DNA of 64,000 nucleotides, taken from positions 105,028,001 to 105,092,000 of the forward strand of contig NC_043001.1 in assembly GCF_006345805.1 (NCBI RefSeq), given 5' to 3'. Made by a program: the position numbers and the translations under genes. Shown one piece after another: positions 54,264-64,000 of the stretch. Position 1 is the stretch's first letter. Each line of letters opens with the position of its first letter. Below the pieces are notes generated by a model. It had not been told where the DNA came from, did not search any database, and saw only the letters and a list, made by a program, of their open reading frames with translations. The DNA comes from Octopus sinensis (Eukaryota).

Positions 54264-54338
54264 CTAAAGTATTTGAGGATGAACAACGAGCCATTATACT
54301 AACAGAGAGGAAGTAAATATATATCTATTCATACATAC

Positions 54339-54406
<68 letters not shown>

Positions 54407-54553
54407 ATAAAAGGGTAAATAATTTCTTTGATGGTTTTTCAGACAACCAACAATTATTTACCGGTAGATTTCGGTATGTAAATATAACTTTCAGCGTCGG
54501 GAACTTCTGTAGAGTTCAGTATATATATATAGTATATAAGTAAAAGGGCAGGC

Positions 54554-54694
54554 AACAGGTTGCTCTGCTGCATACCGAAAGAATTAGAAATAGCAGTCAG
54601 AGACTGTTTATTTCCATTTTCTTGTAGAAAATGGAAATAAACAGTCTCTAACTGCTATTTCTAATTCTTTCGGTATGCGGCAGAGCAACCTGTT
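54554..54694. repeat. 69-bp perfect-style hairpin with 3-nt loop, PLE-terminus related
   Basis: 54554-54622 / 54626-54694, two mismatches seen; homologous to the 12.3-kb segment. Confidence 0.9.
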
Positions 54695-54698
54695 ACTT

Positions 54699-54729
<31 letters not shown>

Positions 54730-54768
54730 GTGTGTGTGTGTGTGTGTCTATATATATATATATATGTC

Positions 54769-54800
<32 letters not shown>

Positions 54801-54817
54801 ATATATATATATATATA

Positions 54818-54880
<63 letters not shown>

Positions 54881-55599
54881 ATAATATGCATATTATATAT
54901 GCATGTATGTATGTATGTATGTATGTATTTCACTGCAGTAAAGATTGGAAGCATCCATGAAAAAGATTTATGAAAGTCACGATACAAAATCCTACACAAA
55001 CATTGAAAAGAAAACACAAACATAACTCGCTGCTTTCCCGCTATGTCAACGTTCTCGACTGCTTCCTTCGCTCAGATCGAAGAAAACCGAAAGGAGGAAG
55101 CTGCAGAAATGCAGAGGACAAGCCTGGTGAGATCACAAATATATAATGAAAGATCAAATGCTACATTTACTTAATTTGAATTCTTAACAAGGAAGCAAAC
55201 ATGAAAGAAGATACTATAAATGAGAGATTAGAGCTGATCGGATGCAGCGAATAATTTCTCTTAAATCCTTAGAATACGCTGTCTTAGACAAGTGAGACGC
55301 AAAGCGCAAAACATTTCCTCATGTGGGAAGAAACAGAAAAACAAAGTTAAACATTTACTGAAAGTAACTTACACATACGCACACACGCACTCAATTATAC
55401 AGACACACACACACACATATATATATGCTCGAAATGTAAAAGACTTTCTCACCTTCTCGAGCGTTAAACCTGTTTGTTGTTTACACACCTGTCTTCGTCT
55501 GATGATTTTTGTAAATTCCAACTATATATATATATATACTATATATATAAATATATATATTCACACACACACATATATATGTATATACATATATATATA

Positions 55600-55634
<35 letters not shown>

Positions 55635-55826
55635 ATATTTTGTTATATATATATATATTTACATATATATATTTACATATATATTTTTTACTCTAGCTCT
55701 CTAGTTTCAGCTTAGACCTGAGGCCATGCTGATGCACCGCCGTTTTGCTACATTGTTACTACTAAGAGCCTCCTCTAATATATGGTACTTGGTGCAGAAT
55801 AAATAGATAAATAAATATATGTATAT

Positions 55827-56007
55827 ATAGGAGAGGAAAAATTGTAATAAGGCAGAATTCTAAATTGAAAGTAAATTTTAATAAAAATGGGTGTATGAAA
55901 AATTAAAAAAGAAAAAAATAATAAATCAATGGGTGTATTCATACACCCATTTTTATTAAAATTTACTTTCAATTTAGCAGTCTGCCTTATTATAATTTTT
56001 CCTCTCC

Positions 56008-56010
<3 letters not shown>
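55827..56010. repeat. ~73-bp inverted repeat within (TA)n
   Basis: 55827-55899 / 55938-56010. Confidence 0.88.
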
Positions 56011-56045
<35 letters not shown>

Positions 56046-56048
<3 letters not shown>

Positions 56049-57045
56049 GGTACGGTGAATAAATTGTCTTAACAGATGTATTTACCAAAATTATATAAAA
56101 TATCTTGAAATAGTAAAGAGTAAGTTTATTCAATAAAATTGCTATTGGTTTCAATCACAGTCTCCAAGAAATTCCTGTAACTCTTCTGGACTGTCTCCTT
56201 GTTTAAGTTGGAGAATACTGCAATAATCCTCACCCTCCGTCCATATTTGTTGTTACAAGGAGGTTTGTTGGTCTCTCGCTCAACTGCACCCAACATATAA
56301 TAATCAAGGGAATCGCAGTCTGGGGAGTTAGGTGGCCAGATGTTAGGGGTGATGTGGTTGCAGAAATCGTCTGACAGTCATGACTGCGTTATCCTGCTTG
56401 TGTGGCATGGTGCAGAGTCCTGTTGCCAGACATAGGGTCTTCCAGCAACCACCCACTTGATTCAAAGCAGTACTACCTCCATTAGGCACTTGATGTAGGC
56501 CTCCGTGTTGAGTCTGAGACCGTGTGGGAAGATTAATGGAGACATAACGTCGCCATCACTAGTGATCACTCCAAACATCATAATGTTGACTGGGTATTTG
56601 ATTTTTATCACTCTCGGTACATGTTTTGAGGACACGGCGAGCGAGCTGTTGTGATGAGGTTTTCACCATCTGATCCTTCCAGAAAATTTTCTCGTTTGAG
56701 TAAAAACCAAAGCAATTTCGGTTGGAGGAGATGCTTCAGTTTGTTAAAAAGCTTCGTAACACGGGCTTTCCTCTTGTCCTTGATGGCTTGAGATAAAAAT
56801 TGACCCTTTCTCATTTTGTATGAGGAATACCGAATGTCTTCATGCTCTAACTGGTAGGAAATGCAGACACTGCCATGTCCCTGATTGACTTGGAGGGATC
56901 GTTGTCAATTATGGCCTGGATCTCACAAAGAAATTCAGGAGTTCTTGTCTTATCAGAAGGATCAGAGTTTCCGAGCTGCCATACCTTCCTATTCACTATT
57001 TGACTCATCCAACTCTTTCCGAATCTTCGGCACTGTCATCAGATT
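56046..57045 (-). mobile_element. Decayed DD37D (maT) Tc1/mariner transposon
   Basis: YVWQQD..WPPNSPDCDSLD with 37 residues between catalytic aspartates; SNEK at the first-D position; TA-CAGGG terminus on the left only. Confidence 0.85.
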
Positions 57046-57054
57046 GCCACCCAA

Positions 57055-57110
57055 TTTGGCGACGGAAACTGGAAGAAGCTCGTCGTGTGTATACATATAT
57101 GTATATATGC

Positions 57111-57141
<31 letters not shown>

Positions 57142-57350
57142 CGCTTGCACGCGCGTATTTGTCCGCAACCATTGTCGATGTGTTTATGTCCCGGTAACTT
57201 AGCAGTTCTGCAAAAGAGACCGATGAAATAAGTACCAGGCTTTACAAAAAATTAAAATCACCGGGGAGCAATTCATTCGCCTGAAATCCTGCAAGTCGGT
57301 GCCCAGCATGGCCGTAATCTAATGACTGAAACAAGATATAAGTCAAAAGA
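57055..57350 (+). mobile_element. SINE family A, 5'-truncated
   Basis: Homology. Confidence 0.85.
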
Positions 57351-57484
57351 TATATACATACGAATAAGCACCAAAATCAGAAAGTGATTCTGTATTTATA
57401 GTTCGTTCAGCACTTCTATATACATACGCGCACATGCAATACCTCTGTTTGTATGTATACATAATTATATGTATATATATATGA

Positions 57485-57521
<37 letters not shown>

Positions 57522-57622
57522 CACATATATATACATATTCTCTATATATATACGTAAATATGGGAACATATGCACGCAAACACATACATATATACTCAAA
57601 TATACATATCTACACAAGTATC

Positions 57623-57653
<31 letters not shown>

Positions 57654-58114
57654 TATATATGTATATATATTTATAGACATGCATACTTTTATATAAACTC
57701 ATACACACATATATTGTGCTTATATATCTGTGCTTGTGTATGTTGGAAGAAGCAAACAGCGCTATCTATAAAGATCTGTGATGCTATATTTATAAACGAA
57801 ATGCTGAACACAGAACTAACCTCATAGAAGTAGAAGCAAAGGAATAGCAAAAACCAACATATTTATATTATTTAAAAATATTCTCTTCCAATCATATTTA
57901 TTCTGTTGAAGCTTGGAAAGTACATCAGACTTGGTAGGGAAAGTAGTATAAATAGCGTTCGGTTGCATACACGATATGAATTATATATATATATAGATAT
58001 GTATGTATGTGTGTGTGTGTGCGTGCGTGCGCGCGTATTTATATATATGTGTATATAAAGTTAAACTTACTTGGAAATGTATGCGTAGCGTTCAATCAAA
58101 TAATAATATAAATA

Positions 58115-58151
<37 letters not shown>

Positions 58152-58199
58152 TATATAAGAATTCATCAAGAATTCATCATTCATATATATATATATATA

Positions 58200-58450
58200 A
58201 GGAGTGGCTGTGTGGTAAGTAGCTTGCTTACCAACCACATACTTCCGGGTTCATTCCCACTGCGTGGCACCTTGGGCAAGTGTCTTCTACTTTAGCCTCG
58301 GGCTGACCAAAGCCTTGTGAGTGGATTTGGTAGATGGAAACTGAAAGAAGCCCGTCGTATATATGTGTATATATATGTGTGCGCGTTTGTGTGTCTGTGT
58401 TTGTCCCCCCGACATCGCTTGACAACCGATGCTGGTGTGTTTACGTCCCT
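58200..58450 (+). mobile_element. SINE family A, 3'-truncated
   Basis: Near-consensus head. Confidence 0.9.
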
Positions 58451-59634
58451 TAAGAACCAACAGGCCTGCATCTACATTTAAATGACATGGAATTTACTTC
58501 TTGGCCGAATCCAGAAATGGTGGCGGTGTCTTCGTCTCTCTCACTCATTTCTTCATCTGCACTTATATACGCAGACATATACCAATAAACATTTAAGGGA
58601 CTCAAACACTGTGATATGCACATATGTACATACAGGCACTCAGAGACCCACACAAATATGCACGTATACACATATACGTACACACATGTATGTCGAATGT
58701 ACATGTGCGTTAGTATGTGCTTCGCCTTATTCATTAATTTTGTTCATGTATGTAAACAAAATCTGATGTGTAGTAGAATTTTTCTACCACGTAGCCATTT
58801 CCCTTCTCTGACAAACAGATAAATGCTCTCTGTAGGCCCCAGGAAGAATTTTGGGGGAGAGTTATTTCCTTTGTACCCAAGTCTCCTCTCCACATCACTG
58901 ATGCTTATCCAAAGGACGATCGCCAATTTGGTTCTTTGCTGCTTACCACCCATGATTACTCAAGAATGTAAAGAAACAGAGAAGGTATCACAATACCTCT
59001 TGGCCAACCTTCTCGAGCTTTTGCAATGCGCCACACTTGATAGCAGAGCTTTTATCAAGCCCGAAAACACGAGAATTTGAGTCTTGGCGGATTTTGAACT
59101 CACAGTACAGAGATTTGGAAAAATACCTTTTGGTATTCTATCCAACACAATAACGATTTATCCATTTCGCTGCCTTAATTTTACAATATTATCAGAAATA
59201 TGGTTCACGAAATTCATTCAGACATCATAGATTACTGCACTTACCAAAGTTTCCTAGGGTATTCCTGTAGCTATGCAATAACACGAATGTATGCAATATC
59301 TTTCATCAGATTGGAAATACTTGTATCATACGTCTCTGGTAATCGGAGATATAAGAGATAGATTAGATATTGCTATCCGTTTATCTTGTCTGCTTTGCAA
59401 TATGTTTTTGATTGACTATCAGATATGTTTTAAGCTAATATATGGATGGAATTTAGGCGATCGAAATATTCGTACTTAAATTCATACTTAATTATCAGAC
59501 ATTAGAAAATTGCTGTCCATATGGAAACAGCACACATCTGTTGTTTTATTTTCCCCTTGTTCATATAAGGAGTATCCGTAGTTAAATATGATTATGAAAA
59601 ATATATCAAACAAAAATGTAAATAGAAGATAATA

Positions 59635-59830
59635 ATGGTTTTAAATTTTGTCACAAGGCCAGCAGTTTGTGAGGAGAAAGAGAGGTTGATTATATTGATT
59701 TCAATCCTTAACAGATATTTATTTAATCGAACCCAACAGGTTAATAGACGAAGTCAACCACGGTGGAACATAAAGACAGACGAAACCCGCTTTGCATTTT
59801 CTTGGACGTGTAACGACTCAGTCAGCTTGC
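59635..59830 (-). mobile_element. SINE family C, diverged
   Basis: Homology to 53628-53778. Confidence 0.6.
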
Positions 59831-61252
59831 CGCCAAACTGTTCTTTTTAATAATGTAGCTTCGAATTTACCATCTTCGAAGACAATACCCAGCTATGTCT
59901 CTATCCTGTGGAATACTTAAATATACCATAGAAAATTACATCTTAAGGATTTTGAAACGTGAAAGTTCCTAATTCCATAAAAATTTGCCATTAAGGCATT
60001 ACAAAGAGTAGCTGCGGGCTGGACATATACATAGATGAGGTGAATGATGAAATAAGGACGATTTTGATGAAAGAAAGCCAAAAAACGCCTGCCGATATTC
60101 TTCTTCTCTAAAACATTGTTCTTGTTTTTTTACAGAATAAACAAAGCGAGGTATTGAACCTCTCACAACAGTTTTTTTTATAGTTTTTGGACTTAATAGT
60201 CCATTACAAATATTAACATGCAAAAAATATTCAATATACAATGAACACTAGTCCATTTACAAATGAGGCGCTGGGCCTCTTACACTCACGTGAAAGTTCC
60301 TAATATCAACTGGAAACTATATCAGGAGATACCTGAATAGAAAAAGAAAAGGGGAAGAGCGATCTTTCAAGTATGTTATGAAATAAAATGGTATCTGTAA
60401 TATAACAACCACGAAAAAAAAAAAGACATAAACTAGTGCTCAAGGCGTAGATGATATAATACATGTTGGACGTGATTCCCTTCCATTTGAGAGACAAGTT
60501 TTTTATGATATCTAAGGTCTGTTAGATACTTCTAGGTTTCACAAAAACACAGTAAAGATATATAGCGGGGGTTTATGCTGATATTTACGCCGGACATTTG
60601 TGAAGTATATTAACATTGACAAGCACAGTAGCCCATCTAGTATTTCTGACCAATACAGTATCAAGGTTATAATTTTTATCTAACAGCATGTGTTGGTTGC
60701 AAGATAAATTCTAGAATGAATGTGTTAGTGAAGCCGTTAATCTCTAAAGATGTAATTGAAAATGTCAAATTTGGTTGTGTATACGCGGAAGAGATTACAT
60801 CTGATGGGTAGCCATTGCAAAATGTCATGTACATATTATTTTACAGTTTTTTTTTGTCTGATGTTGCTATAGCAACATATACAAATACTATGTAGAGAGG
60901 ACAGTCTTGTAATAAACATTGAACAAAAAATACTACTGATATCTAACTACATTCACAAGATACAATGTGAGAAGATATGGAATTCAAGTTTTGGCGCAAG
61001 GCCGGCAAGCTCAGGTGACGGGCTCAGTTATAGCGATGCCGCTAAGCATTTATTGGAAATAGGCTGACGATTCTGTCACTTCGCTGCCTTAACAATACGA
61101 GAACATATTGTTGATAGATTTCCATAAAACAATATATATTTATGCAGGGTCAATATAGTTGTTAGGACGGAGACCAAACTTTATATGTGGTTGACAAGAG
61201 CCGGTGAGCCGTCTGTAGATACAAGTGAAATTGGCGTCACAATTTGGACGAC

Positions 61253-61657
61253 AGGAGTGGCTGTGTGGTAAGTAGCTTGCTTACCAACCACATGGTTCTG
61301 GGTTCAATCCCACTGCATAGCACCTTGGGCAAGTGTCTTCTACTATAGCCTCAGGCTGACCAAAGCCTTGTGAGTGGATTTGGTAGATGGAAACTGAAAG
61401 AAACCCGTCGTATGTATGTATATATATGTGTGTATGTGTGCATATGTTTGTGTGTCTGTGTTTGTTCCCCCTAACATCGTTTGACACCCGATGCTGGTGT
61501 GTTTATGTCCACGTAACTTAGTTGTTCATCAAAAGAGACCGATAGAATACGTTCTAGGCTTACAAAGAATAAGTCCTGGGGTTGATTTGCTCGACTAAAG
61601 GCGGTGCTCCAGCATGGCCGCAGTCAAATGGCTGGAACAAGTAAAGGAGTAAAAGAG
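61253..61657 (+). mobile_element. SINE family A, full length
   Basis: Near consensus. Confidence 0.92.
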
Positions 61658-61884
61658 ACAATCATTGCTGGATTTTGTTACTAAATGCTTCTGATAAACT
61701 GAAAGACAAGCTTTACAAAACAGACTAATATGAAAATCGTTCTGAATTAGGAAAAGTGAAAATATGTAATAATGATTAGCATAATTTATGTTCATATTTG
61801 TGTAAATTCTTATGTGAATATATTGTTTCTTAGGGACATATTTTAGGGAAATGGATTGAAATTTAAAAATGAAGAAAGAAGAAT

Positions 61885-62280
61885 CTTTTATCCTTTATCT
61901 TTTATTGTTCACTTGTCCTAGTCATTAGACTGTGGCCTTCTGGGGCACCGTTTGAAAGAATCAACCTACAGAAATCTACTTCAACACATATTTTAAAGTC
62001 CAGTATACTTTCCATCGGGCACATATGCCGAACCGCTAAGACAAAGGGACGTAAACGAACGAACATCGCTTGTCAAACGTAGGAGTGGAGACAAACACAA
62101 ACACACATGCATAATATATTCAATGGGCTTCAACTCATTTTTCTAGCAATCAGATTAGGTCACAAGGCTTTGGTCGGTCCGAGGTCATAGTAGAAGTCAT
62201 TTGGCCAAGATGCCACGAAATGGAACTGAGCTCCAATCTACCCGGCTTCAAACGCGTTTCTTGGCCATACAGACATACTC
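61885..62280 (-). mobile_element. SINE family A, strongly diverged
   Basis: Head and tail homology. Confidence 0.7.
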
Positions 62281-62647
62281 ATACCTAATATCCAAGCAAA
62301 TATCTGTAGAGATTTGACGGAACCGTTATACCTAGAAATATTCTTTGCCCCTCTCTCTCTCTCTCTGCTCTAAAGTTCAATAGTTTCTAAGGTCGACATT
62401 GTCATTTCTCCTTTCAGAAACGATAAATAAAACATTAACCCTGTACTGAATCGATTCTTCCGCCCTAATTATTTTCCCACTTGAAAAGAAAATATTGCTG
62501 TATTTAACCGGAGAGTGGGGTGGATTCCTCTGAGCTAAAAACACCAAAGACGTCTTTACGACGGTAGCCCTTCGATTTATTAGGTATTTGAATGCTTAAG
62601 CGAGGAAGTGGCTGCATAAAACCCCTGAAGGCCTTGTTCGTGTGAAG

Positions 62648-63286
62648 CACTATCTTTCAACTTTGATATTTTACTTCTTTCACTGATTTCACTGTTACCA
62701 TGCTGGGGCACCACTTTGGAGGATTTCAGTCGAATGACTCGACCTTAGATCATTTTGTTCTTCATCAGTAAATAATTGATAGCTAAAAATGAATATTAAC
62801 CACCGATTTCAAAGTCTTCCTTCTGATGCTTTGGAACAAAATTCAGATTAGATGAGCGTGTCTGTTTGTTTCATCTAAACGAATATACAATTAAACTCAT
62901 ACTGTGAAAGTCTCTACACAGATCATTGATCTTCAAAATTTACCCCTTGGTAATGACATCCTAGGGTCTTAAAAAGGCGATGAATTATGTATATTATTGG
63001 TTGCATTATTAAGTGTTTCAATGTCTTATATTTCCTGACTAATACATTCGTAAGAGGTTGTTGTGTCCTAACATATGTGCTGCTTCTTTTAGTTTTCGTA
63101 TTTTCCAGCGGTGTTCTCTGTCTATTATTTTTACATCATCCCACAGGGGATAGAATGAGTAATTTTCTGTGAAGAACAAAATGATCTAAGGTCGAGTCAT
63201 TCGACTGAAATCCTCCAAAGTGGTGCCCCAGCATGGCAACAGTGAAATCAGTGAAAGAAGTAAAATATCAAAGTTGAAAGATAGTG
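62648..63286. repeat. 117-bp near-perfect inverted duplication of a SINE tail
   Basis: 62648-62764 / 63170-63286, one mismatch seen. Confidence 0.92.
63053..63149 (-). mobile_element. PLE 3' UTR fragment
   Basis: Aligns with 38092-38190. Confidence 0.85.
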
Positions 63287-63540
63287 TACATTGCATGTTC
63301 TTACAATATTTATATCTACATTATGATCCCTTTTTCTCATTGGCTTGACCCCCATCATCATTTGCTAACTTCTAGCTAGATACTTCTAACTAAAACTAGC
63401 CATATCCATTTAGCCGATGTGAGTGTTTAATCACCGACAGTTTGTTAGAAACGAAGGTTCCTCTTTCAAATATAAGGTGAGACAATGTGCCTATCCGGTA
63501 TAGATGTAAACATTGTAAAGGTTAGATTAATAGTTATGAT

Positions 63541-63870
63541 AATACAGTTCTATATTTACATTTGACGGATATTTGTCCTCATCTTGTTTGCTGTTAACAC
63601 AACGTTTCGGCTGATATACCCTCCAGCCTTCATCTTTGGGAAATTTCGAACCTGGGTACTAATTATTTACTATTATAGCTGTTTCTGAGAAAGAAGGTAT
63701 TTTTCGATGTTATTATTATTCAGGTCACTGCCTGAATCGAACTCGGAATCTTGAGGTTAGTAGCCCGCGCTATTAACCAGTACGCCATATGCCCGTGGGC
63801 AATTAGGTAGTGAATTTTAGGTCTTATAAAGTCTAATATTTTCCTATCCTTCCTTTATACCGGTTCCCAA
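63541..63870 (-). mobile_element. PLE 3' terminus: UTR, tRNA-like module (63720-63794), decayed HHR (~63595-63640)
   Basis: 63791-63870 aligns with 37981-38060; remainder aligns with the 23.1-23.35-kb and 53-kb copies. Confidence 0.85.
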
Positions 63871-64000
63871 GTACTGATGAAGTGCTTAAAGCCGTTTCTG
63901 TGAAAGCGTGTTGTAAACTGATCGAAGTGGTAATCTCTAAGAGCAACGTTAATCCATCACAATTTAACATACAAAACATACACACACACACACACACACA

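Noticed and set aside
58744-59148. Overlapping short ORFs, possible RT remnant
   Set aside because: Motif similarity too weak to assign

Overview
AT-rich, microsatellite-saturated animal genomic DNA. The SINE families match what I recall from octopus, so the organism is inferred, not verified. No host gene, rRNA, true tRNA or CRISPR array can be supported, and nearly all track ORFs are microsatellite read-throughs. The window holds roughly 20 copies or fragments of three tRNA-derived SINE families, two decayed mariners, a DD37D (maT) transposon, a Tigger/pogo-like MITE, two Helentron-type non-autonomous elements, CR1- and RTE-like LINE remnants, and a nest of R4/Dong-like retroelement pieces at 46-52 kb. 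The most interesting signal is a set of Penelope-like element (PLE) termini with type I hammerhead ribozyme (HHR) motifs. One family's 3' end runs GIY-YIG ORF, UTR, tRNA-like Pol III module, HHR, and it also appears as a short tRNA+HHR insertion inside a 56-bp duplication. Another is an ORF-less 1.25-kb inverted/tandem unit with two intact long-stem-II HHRs. Also notable: a LINE/SINE shared 3' stem-loop with compensatory changes, several near-perfect local inverted duplications, and an old inverted duplicate with coding-like divergence. All alignments and folds were done by eye.
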